Below are positions 1 to 12,620 of a stretch of 64,000 nucleotides of DNA, one piece after another. A program made the position numbers and the translations under genes. A model generated the notes under the pieces. That model was given only the letters and a program-made list of their open reading frames with translations, ran no database searches and was not told the origin of the DNA. Location: positions 54,374,001-54,438,000 of the forward strand of contig NC_135661.1 of NCBI RefSeq assembly GCF_964188315.1, written 5' to 3'. Numbering within the stretch: the first letter of the stretch is position 1; each line of letters opens with the position of its first letter. Source of the stretch: Podarcis muralis (Eukaryota).

Positions 1-139
1 TACAACTCCTGTAACGATGTTGAGCAATACTAACTCTGGAGTTTCAACAACTCCCCCCTGCCCCCAGTAAAGTTTGATAGTTATTTGAAAAACAAACCCT
101 AGCACTGAGAAAGAAACCCTCAACCTCTCCAACATGGTA

Positions 140-360
140 CAGTGGTACCTCGGGTTATATACACTTCAGGTTACATATGCTTCAGGTTACAGACTCCGCT
201 AACCCAGAAATAGTGCTTCAGGTTAAGAACTTTGCTTCAGGATGAGAACAGAAATCGTGCTCTGGCGGCGCAGCGGCAAGTGGTGCTTCAGGTTAAGAAC
301 AGTTTCAGGTTAAGTACGGACCTCCAGAACGAATTAAGTACTTAACCTGAGGTACCACTG
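140..360. mobile_element. Tc1/mariner-superfamily (pogo/Tigger-like) MITE, 221 bp
   Basis: TIRs CAGTGGTACCTCGGGTTA / TAACCTGAGGTACCACTG, TA on both flanks, internal CTTCAGGTTA repeats. Confidence 0.88.
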
Positions 361-3300
361 TATTGTCCTTAGATGCATTAATGCATGGGATTCTCAGAGC
401 AAGATACCGTATTTGCAAGCTTTTCAATATAATTTCTCTGTACTTTGAGGTTGATTTATGGGGGAAGCTGTGCCCTTCTTCAGTGTCTGTTAATTTGAGG
501 GTTCATACCTGCCTCTCTCCACCTTTAGCCACCACTTTTCTGTCAGCACATTTGGGGAATTTTCAGCTCAGAGCAACTGAAAGCCATTCACCAAGAGTCA
601 TCAGCATTCATCTTGAGGTCTGCTGTTGATGCTAAGTCAGGAGTGACAGTGAAGGACATCTGATTTCACATTGATGTTGTGGTAGGAATGCAAAGATTTG
701 TACCATCTGTGTACATTTGTTCTGCAACAAGCTTACTCTGAAACCTCCTTTAGTAGGTGAGATATGTCAGACCGCCAACGTTTTAAGCTTATAAAGTTTC
801 GTATGGGTTTTAATTTTTGCACTATATTGCAAATCACACTGAGTTTATTTTCTGAAAAAAGTGACTGATAAATGCAGTAATAATAATAATAATAATAATA
901 TAATGATGATGATGTAGGTTGTCCTTTCATTAAAATCACTATTGATTGTTTTCATGGGCTTCTCACATCTTGAGTCCCATCTGCTAATTAAAGGTTATAT
1001 AAGCACCCTGTTTTGAAACTATGTAAGTTGAAGCGTTTGTTTAGGACAGAGATGTGGCCCTCCAGATTTTGTTGGACTTGGACTATGTGTTATGAATTGA
1101 CACATTAAAAGAAGGATTTGCAGGCTAATTTCAGAGCCAACAAACCATTGAAAGAGAAAAAAAAGCATTGGGTTTGCTCTAGTTACAGCGTATTTTCCAA
1201 TGTTTGGAAGGAAGTTTTAGTTAATGACATCATGATGGGCTTTGCATCTCACAAGAGCTGCCCAAGGGGCTTTTCAAGACCACCTGCTGTTGGCTAGTGT
1301 GTCAAGCAGGGTGCTGGATGCGATGGGCCTTTGATCTGATCCAGCTGCAGGACTCTTCTTACAGTCTTAAATAGAAAGTAGGGACCAAAAGTAGGGGAGC
1401 ACATTACAAACATGATTGAGCACAGAATCATGTGGGTTTGTTCTTGCTAAGCTTCCAACATTCGTCCATCGTCATGGGAAAGTAAGAGAAACTCGTGGTT
1501 TTTCACTGGAGATTTCCACTTGCATCTTAAATTAATTGTTCTGCCAATTCAGAAAGAGCCATTTGGCTTTCGGGCAATGCATTTGTTAATGATTTCACTG
1601 CCTTTTTCATTAGCTACTTTTGCATTAGCAGCTGGAGGCATTTGTCCTTACAGCTTCCAGAATTATTTTCTTCACAGTAAGAAAGAGGATGTGGCTTATA
1701 GGAGAGCCCCTTGTTAGAATCACAATCCCCAAAATTGCAGGCAATAAGCTTAAGACAGCAGCGCTAGGTAGAAGCACCTTGTTTAGCAGAACATGTTTCA
1801 CCCATAAGCCGTCTTCCTCACAGGCAAAAGCTTTCCTTGTGACTTACGCTGGTATACCCAGTTTAAACAGCTTATTTAAGTTTCCAGAGATTCTGTCTTC
1901 ATGTGGCAAATTGCACTTGCAAATACAAGATTGCGGTCTGACTCTTTGGCTTCCTGTCTCCCGCATGCTCAGTATGACATTGAGGGTCATGATATTGTCT
2001 CATGTCTCTTGAAATCAGAGGCAGGGTTTTTAAGGAGAATTTTGAGCAGCACAGCAGTAGAGTGATTGCAGTGTTTGTGCCTCACACATGCCACAACACA
2101 CCTGTGCATTTTGCATGTGTGTGCACAACATACTCTTTGTTTCTCAGAGTCACTGTTTATGACATACAGAAGACATCACTGAACAGCAGAACTGGGATTT
2201 GTCAGCACTAATGCAGAAGTGTCTTGTGTTCAAGCTGTGCACAGCAGGTGTCATGAACTCTAAGGAAACTTCATTTGGAGTCAAGGCTATAAGAAGAATG
2301 AAGAGCAAGAGAATGGACAATCCAGATGAACACATTCACACACACACACACACAGAGTACTCAGCATCCCTGTTTATATATTTTCTGGCATCACCACCCT
2401 CACTGTATCATGGACAACTTCACACAACTTATCAGGAAGCAGTCCCCATGCAGAATTATTTCATGAATATTGGAAACATTGGTGAACACACTGTGGAAAG
2501 TCCATTGCTGGATCAAACACTTTGGAGGCCCCTAGCCAGCTGAAATCTCCCTTGCAAATTATCGCCTAAGAAAGCTTGATTATAATTTTCTTTTCAAGAT
2601 CAAATCAATATTATTTTGAACTGGTGTTGCAAGGCCCCTTGGCCGGTGTCCACTCTGCTTATTTGGTAATCTGGCACTGGAAAAGTAGCAGTGTAGTCTG
2701 TAGGGAATGTCTTTGGCATGGGGAGGAAAAGGAGGACTGCTTGATCAGGGTTTAGGGTCCCAGGGAATACTGGATGAGACACTTCTCACATTATCCTCCA
2801 TCACTTCCTTTTTTCATCAGCTAACATTATACGTGTTTTGTAGAGCTCAGATTTTGAACTGCACAAATGTTTCCCTTTCTAACTGTGCATTCACCCTGCC
2901 CCTGGATCTGCCAGCTTTGGGTCTGGCTGGTGGACACAGCAGCTTCCGAGTCATTCCTCTAAACCCATCCTAAACTCTGCTTGAAGGGCAGAGCCTAAGG
3001 TTTACAACATAACCTGTCCTCCTGCCCCTCCTAAGCTACCCGGCTTCCCACCAGTTCTGTGTTAAAGCAAAACTGAACTGCCAGCCCAGTTAGCTTTTGC
3101 ACATAGAATTGTTTCGGGGGTGGGTGGGTAGGTGGGCTCTTGCCCCTACATGCTCAGTAGCCATTTGCTCCCCTCCAAACTAACACTGCTCAGTGGTTGC
3201 TGAACTCCTTGCAACTTCCCAACTGATACTGTCAACCGTTTGGCTTCACACCCACCCGTCCAATTCGGCTCTCCTCCAGATATAGCTTGGGGTGGTGATG

Positions 3301-4319
3301 ATGATGCCATAGCAGAGGCACCAGGAGCGTCCCAGTCTTCCTAGCTGCTTCCTGCAGCCACGTCTCAAGTGGGCACAGCTGCACCGCTGCTAGGCCAGGA
3401 AGCCAGGGCAGGAGCCAAGCGTCTGCGACTGAAGCTCATTTCTCCTGACCTCTGGGTTAATGAATGCACGCAGAGGCAACAGAGGGAACCCTGTTCTCGA
3501 GGTGGACAAAGAGAAGCGGCCACTGGCAGCTGCTGGGGTAGTGTTTATTATGCAGCAACGGAACACAAGTGGTAGAGGCGGCACGTATAAAACTTGTCGG
3601 CAGAAGATAGGAGCCAACCAGGGTGTGGTGTGTGTGCACAGCACAGGGGAGCAAGGTGCAACCTGGCACCTGTTGCCTTAGTGGCTTTTGTGCGTGTGCG
3701 GAGCAAAAGCCACCAGCGAGAGCCACCAGGGACTGCTACCTAAGAAGGCCAAAACAAAGGCCTTCTCTACAGCACGAAGATGCAGACCAAAGTGCCCCTG
3801 GTCTATGTGTGTGGAAGAACCTGCCGCCTTTTCAACAAGGAAGTGTATGTAGGACAAGCATACTTTGTTATTTTTATTATTAGATTTATTGCTACCCCTT
3901 CACCAGCAGGTCCCAGGGCAGATGATTTAAAATTGAAACCAGCTAAAACAGATTACTGTCCCAGGAATAGTGTGGTTCCCCAAAAGACCTATCTCAGGCA
4001 CCAAAGCCCAGACGTCCACCCCATTCTTAGCCATCAGCATCACTGGTGGCTTTGCAGGAGACACACAAGGTGGGTGAGGAAGCGAGTATTCCCTTTGCCA
4101 TTATAATCTCCACAAAATGATTAACGCACAACAGATGCCTAACTAAAATGGCAAGTCTGGAAACAAAATAGGAAAACCCAGAGCTGCAGGCAGACATTAT
4201 CCCATCGAAAACACAATTTTTAAAAACAAATAAAACGCCACAGCAAATTGCTGAAAGCGCACTTGGAGACAAAATGAGTACCACGCTTCAAAACCTAAAG
4301 GTCAGCACAAATGTTGTGG

Positions 4320-4347
4320 TTTATTGGCAAGCTGTGAATGTTTTATT
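4320..4347 (-). terminator. Candidate MMP15 poly(A) signals (AATAAA twice), implying a 3' UTR of about 3.1 kb
   Basis: tttatt at 4320-4325 and 4342-4347 on +, followed on the minus strand by U/GU-rich sequence. Confidence 0.5.
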
Positions 4348-7300
4348 TTTTTTGGTAGTTCTGAGCATTGAAAATTAATTGGCTTTTCAGTCTTTGCACT
4401 TAGGAGATGCACCAATATATTCGGCCCATCGAAGGCACACTCCGAGAACAGCAGGCTGGCCCTCATCCCCACAGCAAAGCTGGGGTTTCATTTTCTCTTG
4501 CTGTTTTAAAGTTTCGGGGTTCAACCTTGCCTGAAGCTGTACTTGTGACCTGGTGCCCCCCTTTTCTTCTTCTTCTTCTTTTTTTGCACATGACTCTGCT
4601 TTGCTTCCATCAATGTAAAAGCAGGAGACAGCTTGTTGTGATTTTAGAATGGAGGGGGAAGAGAAAGTCGGTTTGGATGAAGGGCAGGGCTGGGGGGGAC
4701 TGCTTGGGTTCAGGCCACAACCCCCACCCCACTACCACAGAGATGTCAGCACTCACAGCAGCAAGTTTTACACCAGTGTATGCACAAAGTTAGGCTCATT
4801 TTGCCAAGTCAGCCAACCTAGATATTGGGTGACTTTTGCAACAACAATAGAGGAAGAGGGAAGAGTTGGGGCCAGGACCCCAAGTGAGGATCAGGAGGAA
4901 GGAAGCAGATGCTGCCAGGCCTGGCCTGAACACAAGAACCTGGGTGCTCTTAAGAAAGGCAAAACGGTGTGTCTTTTAAACGACAACTATTTGAGGCGTT
5001 CTGGAGCTCACATTTCTGGAAATAACATATTCAGGACAAACTGAGCTAGGCTTGAGCAAGGGGCTGAAGAGGGTCTCTCCAAGCAGGAGTGGATTTGCTT
5101 TCTTCCATGCAGACAGCCAGGTTTATATGTGGACTCCCCCCCCCGCAACCCCCCCCCCCGAAAATTATGTGCAATTGCTTATATTGCATCATTAATTCTG
5201 CTTCCAAAGCTCCAGGTTTTCAAAAATATATGTAATTATTATTAAAGAGAGAAATAGTGTAGAGATAAGAGGCTAAAAAGCCTATAGGAGGGCAGTGGGA
5301 AGGAACAGGGCCTGTGGGGCAACTCCTTGGCATGGGGGGGGTTCCCTTTTCAGAATCAAGGAGATTGTGTTCCTGTCATTGTAGAGAAGACCGAGGAGGG
5401 CAATCATGTTTTAAATACAAATGAGAAGGGGGGGGGGGAGGGAATGAGAGAGGATTCTCAGTCTGCTCAGCTTCAGAGATTCAGAGAACAGGAAGACAAG
5501 CCACAATATGGTGCTAATTTCAAGCATAAAATTATTAATATCTGTAAAGCTGAGAGGAAAACACCTAGAGAAGCCTCAGAAGGGGAGAAGAGCCATTAAA
5601 TTAGATCTCCAGTGATTAGGGAAGGGGTAGGGGGTTCTTTGCTCTTTGGTCCTCATTACCATTGACAGAAGCAGAATAAATGATCGTACAAGCAGGCCCG
5701 CTTAATTTGTATAACATGTACAGGTTACAGAATCCTTCCTATTTACAGTCCAAAGAAATACACCCCAAAATGCTATGTGAAGGCACTTGGAAGTCACAGA
5801 AATCTATGTAAATCAATGCAACTTTGCTTCTTTTGCCTGTTGCGACGCAAGGTGGTTGGTAGTTGGAGGCAGAAACTCTGAGGCAAGGGAGTGGCCAAAG
5901 AGGAAGGGGGGGCAGTCTCCCCCTCAAACATTGGGGCTGCTTGGAAGTGCATCTTGAGAGACCAAGGGAACTACGGCTGTGTTGCAAGGAGTGGTTGCCG
6001 AGTCTCTTTGGAGAGGACAAAACCTGTTAGGACAGCAGCCCTAGGGCCCAATTGACCTCAACATAAATCTCTCATGGCCTTGAGCAGAGTTCTGCAACCC
6101 TGCATAGGTTTAGTAAGGCCATCCTCCTTGAACCTCCCACTTTCACTTGCACAATTTCCGTGGCCAATTTTTCAGGTGAACTGCCTTTGCATATGTCTCA
6201 TGCACTCAGTTCACGCAAGGTGAGTGTACATCTCCACCTTCCTTGGGAGAGAGGATATATTCCATGGACAAACTAGTCCTCAGCCTTCCAAAGCCCAGGA
6301 ATTATCCTCACACCAGCTCAGGTCCCTCCTTTGAGGAGCTGAATCATCGCTTACTCCAAAGTGATATAGGGGGGGCCTCAGAAATCAAGCCACGTGGTCA
6401 CTCCTCATTCACAGTTACAGCACAACACCCCCAACGGCCTCCAAGGCAGCCCAGGAAGCCAAACCCCAGGGCTATGTCTGCATCAAGGCTATTCCGCCCA
6501 GCAGAGTCTGCTTCCAAGATATGCAGCAAAGACCAGGGCAATGGGAACAAAGAGAAGCAGGAAATGCGGGGGGGGGGGGGAGGTAAGTAAGGAGCAGTAG
6601 TCACATAGTGGGAAGGAGACAGTCACACAGACATGCACACACACACACACACACAGGGCACTCAAACAGTCCCTTCTCCAAATTTTCCTGCGCAATCTCC
6701 TCACAGCAGTAGTAGCTCTGGCAATTACAGTAGAAAAGTTTCCCACGTTTTGCTCTGCAAATGAAGAGGCAGGGTGGGAGGGGAAGCACCTTTGAAAATA
6801 AAAGTCAAGGTTTTCAGGATGTCGGTTACTGAGCCCACGGGAGAACACATCTGCAGCTATCCATGGGCACACCAACCTGTTCAGGGCAGCCCATTGGCTG
6901 GGGATGGGGGAGGACTCAGCAACTTGCCCTGGCAGGCGATAAAATGTCTCTCCCACCCCCAAGGGGGCAGGGGGCATCAGGTCACAGTTTTTGGAGTACA
7001 TGCACAGCAGGGGTGGCACAGACACAAATTGGGGAAGCAGGGCCCCCTCCTTCAGACCTCGCAAACAGGCCTGGACTGCCATGCGTGTATTAGGTAGACG
7101 AGGGGGACGAGACCCACAGGTTCAGAGAAGGCCACATGCCGCACCCTTTCCAAAGGGCTGTCCGTCACTCGGGCAGGCCAATCAAACAGGGGAGGTCAGT
7201 CACACACCCTCCACCTGCCCATGCCTGGGGGGAGGCGGGGTCTCCAATGCTGAGGCACAAAGGTAGGGATGGGGGACCTTCCTGTGAAAAGACTCTGCTG

Positions 7301-7471
7301 GGAGCCATGGTCCAGACGAACCCAGAGACTTCAAGAGCTTCTCCTCCAGTTACCCGGGGGAAGACAAGGCAGTTTCCCCACCTCTCCTGTGCTCCAAAGC
7401 TCTTGATGGAGCTTGGAGGTGGTGCGGAAGCAGTAGCAGCAGCAGCAACAGCAGCCAGGTCAGCTGTGGCT

Positions 7472-7986
7472 TCAAACCCAGTCCTGCAGGGAGCGCTTGC
7501 AATAGAGCAGCATGCGTGGGGTGCCCTTCCGCTGCAGCTGCACGATGACGTAGACGAGGCCCAGGATGCAGAGCAGGAGCAGGAGCAGCAGCGTCACCAT
7601 GATGATGCTCATGGTCATGGGGTAATCATTAATGTGCACCACGATGTCCACATCGCTGCCATGGCCAGGACCCTGCTCCCGGCCGCCTCCCACGCCATCA
7701 CTATAATCGTCCTCCGCTTCGGCTTCCTTGTCCTTCTCTGCAGGGTGAGTGTCCACGACATTGTCTTCCTCATCCACCACCACCTCCTCTTCCTTGTCCT
7801 GCCCCGGGCCATCGGGGCGGGAGGGGGGCTTGCCCACATCGGGCCACCTGCGGTCGGGGTTTGTGGCCACCTCGTCGTGGCATCCCATGAAGTCCCGCAG
7901 GATAGACTTGGGGTACCCGGGTTCTGTTTTCAGCCGCTCATTGTCAAACTTCCAGTACATTCTGCCTTTGTAGAAGTAAGTGTAGG
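7472..7986 (-). CDS. MMP15: MMP15 exon 10 coding part (last hemopexin repeat, acidic stalk, TM helix, cytoplasmic tail, stop)
   Basis: [16 protein letters not shown]...[39 protein letters not shown]. Confidence 0.96.
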
Positions 7987-10900
7987 CTGGAAAACAGGAG
8001 GTGGTAGGCACTGTTAGTTGGGGTCCCTTTCCACGGCTCACAGCTTTTTCACATTCTCTTTCTGTGACTCTTAAGATCTGCTTTATGTGTTTGCTTTTTC
8101 CGAATACCTGCTTAATCCACTTTTATATTGACTTTATATGTATTTATATTACTCTCTAACCGGTTTTGTTTTTGTGGTATATTGTTTATTTTTAGACTAT
8201 AAAACCACCTAGAGATTTTTGAAATATTAAGTTGTATATAAAATGCTTTTAAATGAATGAAAGAAAAAATAAATAATGATATTCTGGTGTATTCTTAGCT
8301 GCTTGTATCATTAAGCATTGGCTTCTACTGTTATGAATTATTTGAGGCCCTTTGTGAACTAAATCACCGTACCATTCCCCTGACTCTGGATTATCAATAA
8401 ATATATTTAACCCTATTGGTCCTAATGCAGATTCTTGCAGGACTCTACTGTTCAGTTAGCTCCATGGTAAAAAAAACCTATTCATTCATTCCTCAGCAGA
8501 GCGTTGCTGCTGTGATCATACTTTACAGTCCATGTGGGGGACATAAATCAAGCAGATGGGCCAGTAGCTCCCAAGAACTCCTTGGATCATTTTTAAGGAG
8601 CTGGCTTTACAATGACTCAGTTCACACCTCACAGTAAACCACAGTTAAATCATGGAGTGCAGGGGGTAGCTAATTCCCACTTAGGGGGCCTGATCTGTGC
8701 CCTCTCCCCAAGCAAATTTTTCTAGCTTCCCAAAACTCCCAGTTTGGGCAAAGGCAGCAAAAAGAAATAAAAAATAATTTGGCTCACCAAGGATACACCT
8801 GAGAGGACCTGTTCTTTTCCTCCTCTCAGGTTATGCAAAGAGGAAAGAAGCCACCCTCCTGGCTTCAAACAAGGATCATGAGTTTTGCTTCATGCCCAAC
8901 AAACCACAATCTGAAGCCAAGTTTTCTTCTTGGTTAACTGGCTGTGGTTTCTCGGGAGCAGAACAAACCACAATCCCTAATTGAAACATGATGTGAAGCC
9001 GGCGATGGTGTCTCGTTCCCCGCTCTGCGTGAGAGTAAGGAGGAGTGAAAGGCTCCTTCAGAAGCACGACTTACTGGGTGACCTGCAAATAAGGCTATCA
9101 ACTATCCTCCTGTGGAATAAGGAAGCAGACTTCAACAAGCTGCGTATTGTTGCTACAAGACTGGCATTTCCACATTTGAATGCCAACTTGCTAGTTTTTA
9201 GTTTAGCGGGTAGCTCTAAAAAGTTCTTTTATTTTAACAACGTTTATATACTCCGACCTTGACTGTAAGAAAACCTGAAAGTGGTTTACAAAAAAAGTTA
9301 TTTTGCAGATCTCTTTCTTCTCCCCCCTTCCTCACAAAGGGCTTAGATGTGGGTCTCTTTCCAGCATCATCTTCAGCGCAGATGGAAGAACAAGCTTTGC
9401 TCTTTCCTGTAACATCTAATGCAAGGATAGCAAATCTGTAAAGGGCACCACAGTTCCCATCATCCCTGAACATGCTCACTGGAGCTGATGGGAATTGTAG
9501 TCTCCGATGTCCTGTGACCTAATGCCCGCCTTTCTCCTCTCTGGTTTCCTGCTTCCAACAGCGCTGACGAAATATTCATTATTAGCGCTCATAACTTTAG
9601 CAACCTGCTCCTCAAGCTGCTACTTTGCTCACTATACTGAGACTCCACATTTGTCTTGCCAGGTCAGGGTCCTTTTCTACTTACTGGCATCAGAACTTAA
9701 GAAGGCTCCCTTGGGGGCATGAGGGATTCCAGCCCATACGCTGATCTTCCTTGGGTATCCTGGATCCACAGAATGGCTCTCCTCATCAAAGCGCCAGTAC
9801 CTAGCGTTACAGAATCATAGAGTTGGACCCCTGAGGATCATCTAGTCCAACCCCCCAACCCCCTGCAATGCAGAAATGTGAATCACTGGCCCTTCTTTCA
9901 CCATTCACCCTCCATACTTCTTTATCAAGTGCTAGTCTTAAAGGGCAGGGGGGAAACGTCGTCCCTGAATTGGGGACCTCTTTACAGACCCTGAGGGATG
10001 TGGGTGGCGCTGTGGGTTAAACCACAGAGCCTAGGGCTTGCTGATGAGAAGGTCGGCAGTTCGAATCCCCGTGACGGGGTGAGCTCCTGTTGCTCGGTCC
10101 CTGCTCCTGCCAACCTAGCAGTTCGAAAGCACATCAAAGTGCAAGTAGATAAATAGGTACCGCTCTGGCGGGAAGGTAAATGGCATTTCCGTGCGCTGCT
10201 CTGGTTCGCCAGAAGCGGCTTAGTCATGCTGGCCACATGACCCGGAAGCTGTATGCTGGCTCCCTCGGCCAATAAAGCAAGATGAGCGCCGCAACCCCAG
10301 AGTCGGCCACGACTGAACATAATGGTTAGGAGTCCCTTTACCTTTACCTTACAGACCCTGCCCACACCTTTGGTAAATGCCTCAGCCCCTAGGAAGGTTA
10401 GGAGGCAAAAATCTCGGGATTCTCCAGCCATCTGAAGATCCTGCCACCAAGTGCTATTAGAAAAACTTACCAAGAATGCCTCCCTTGTTCTCTTATAATG
10501 ACAACAGTGCTGGGCTGAGAGGTGCCAGAACTGAGTTCTGGATGGGAAAAAAGCCCTGCTGCCACCTTTCACATGCCAGCTACCCACCTGTCCCCTCTGA
10601 AGAAGAAGGTGTGCCCTGTAGGCTCCCACCAGATGGCTGCGTCCATCTTGTCGTAAGGAATGCCCTGTCCGTAGCTGGTCAGGGGTTGCGGGTAACCCGC
10701 TTCCAAATTTGCCTCACGGAAAAGCCAGTACTGATCCCCTGGAGGAAGGGCAGAAAAGAAAATTAGGCAGAGGCTGGGCCATGAAGCACACAAGAAGCCT
10801 GTCTTTCTTGTGGGGAACCCCCCCCCCCCACCTCCATGCCCAATTCTATGGCATCTATCAAGTCCTGCCTATTCCACCTCAATAATCTGTATGGGGCAGG

Positions 10901-12582
10901 ATGGGGATGGGTGGGTCAGGTTGCTGGTTTCAGCACTGAGTGCAGGCCCTGAGGTAAAACACAACACATGGACTTTCTGAGGGGTGCCCATGAAACGCCC
11001 ACCATCCTTCTGCTGGTCCCACAGCAAGGAGAAGAGAAAGGAGTCTGTCAGGAAAACCCACAGGGGCACTTTGGAGTGGGAAGGAGAGGGAGGGGAAGAC
11101 ACACAGAATATTTTTCCTGTCTCGACAGAAGACTCAGGAGACCCTCTCTGGGGCCTTTGCTTTAAACTTCTCTCACCTCTAAAGAAGGCGAACCGCCCGT
11201 CTTGCCTCTCATATGCAGCATCGATGTTCCCAGGGAGGCCCCTCCAGAAGTGCCCAATGGGCATGGGGTAGTTGTCCAGCACCCGGTTATGACGAACCCG
11301 CCAAAACCAGCGACCCTGGATAAAAAAAACATAGGGAGCTGCTTAACACCAAGTCAGTCCCAGTGGCCCATCCAGCTCAGTACTGTCTAAAATGGCTGGC
11401 AGTGTCCATCCCCAAGGTTTCAGGCACATGGAAATGAGGAGCAGTGAACCTGGAACCTCTGGCATGTGAATCAAGTACTTTCTATAGCCTCCCCCCTGCC
11501 CTGGGGAAAGGAAGCTCAGGCCTGCTGATTCTGGTCCTGGGGCATGACACCCACACCCTTCTCCTATTCACAGGCTTGCCCACAGGTAGGTGCCACCCAT
11601 CACAATGGCAAATGAGGCTCATATCCCACTGCCTGCTGCCCACTTCAAGAGCTCCAGGCGTAGGAGCTCCAGGCCTAGGACAAGAGGAGGGAAAGGAGTC
11701 TAGGACACTTGAACAAGTCCTGAGCGACCCTCAACACCCCATTGCACAAGCCAGACTCTCATCTTGAAGCATCGCTCTGGCAACTGCGGAGAGAAACCAT
11801 GGAGGCAGGACAGAAGAAGCTACAGGTACCTTGAACACAAACATCTCCCCACGGAGCATCGTCACTGTATCAAAGTCCCCGTCGCAGATGTTTGGGCCGT
11901 ACTGGTCTGGGTTGCCTGGGCTGGGGGGCTGGTCTGGTTTGCCAGGAGGGGGTGGTCTAGGAGGCTTGGGACCTGGCTTTCTGGGTACCACAGTAGGGAG
12001 GGGTTTGGTGGGCTGAGGCTGTCCCCCAGGAGGACCTGAGTCGGTGGGGCAGGAGGAAGAAAAGAGGGAGAGGGTTTTGTTTATTGCAACTTATATCCAG
12101 CCCTTCATCTGGTATTGGAGCTGTGCGTGACTTACAAAAAGCACTAAAATATATAAAAACACAATCAGAACTGTTAAAATATAACAAAATACACAATTCA
12201 CAAGTAATCTATAACTTGACATGAAGTGAACCCCCAACAGAAGTCACATCAGACAATCAACTAGCTCAGTGTCAGGTCAATTCTCCCTCCAGAAGCCATG
12301 GGGGAATAAATACATTTTTAACTGATGTCAAAAGCTAGCCAAAGATGGCACCAATCACTTCTTAGCAGGAAGGGAATTCCAGAGCCAAGGCACCACCACA
12401 GAAAAGGCCCAGTCTCAGATCGCTGCCTGGCCCCACAGAGCTTAATATATCGGCTGGCTGATAAATGAAGAAGCTGCCAAAAAAATGAGAAGATAACACA
12501 GCATCTGTCTAAGGTTCAAGCCAATCCTGCATTCTTGTTTATGTGCATGACAGCTGATGGTCAGTCCCGAAACATACAAATG

Positions 12583-12620
<38 letters not shown>

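Noticed and set aside
1-4300. 3' exons of CFAP20, the expected neighbour beyond MMP15
   Set aside because: No stretch translates to the highly conserved CFAP20 sequence; the gene is probably outside the window.
7136-8017. 293-aa plus-strand ORF over MMP15 exon 10
   Set aside because: Antisense shadow of a GC3-rich coding exon.
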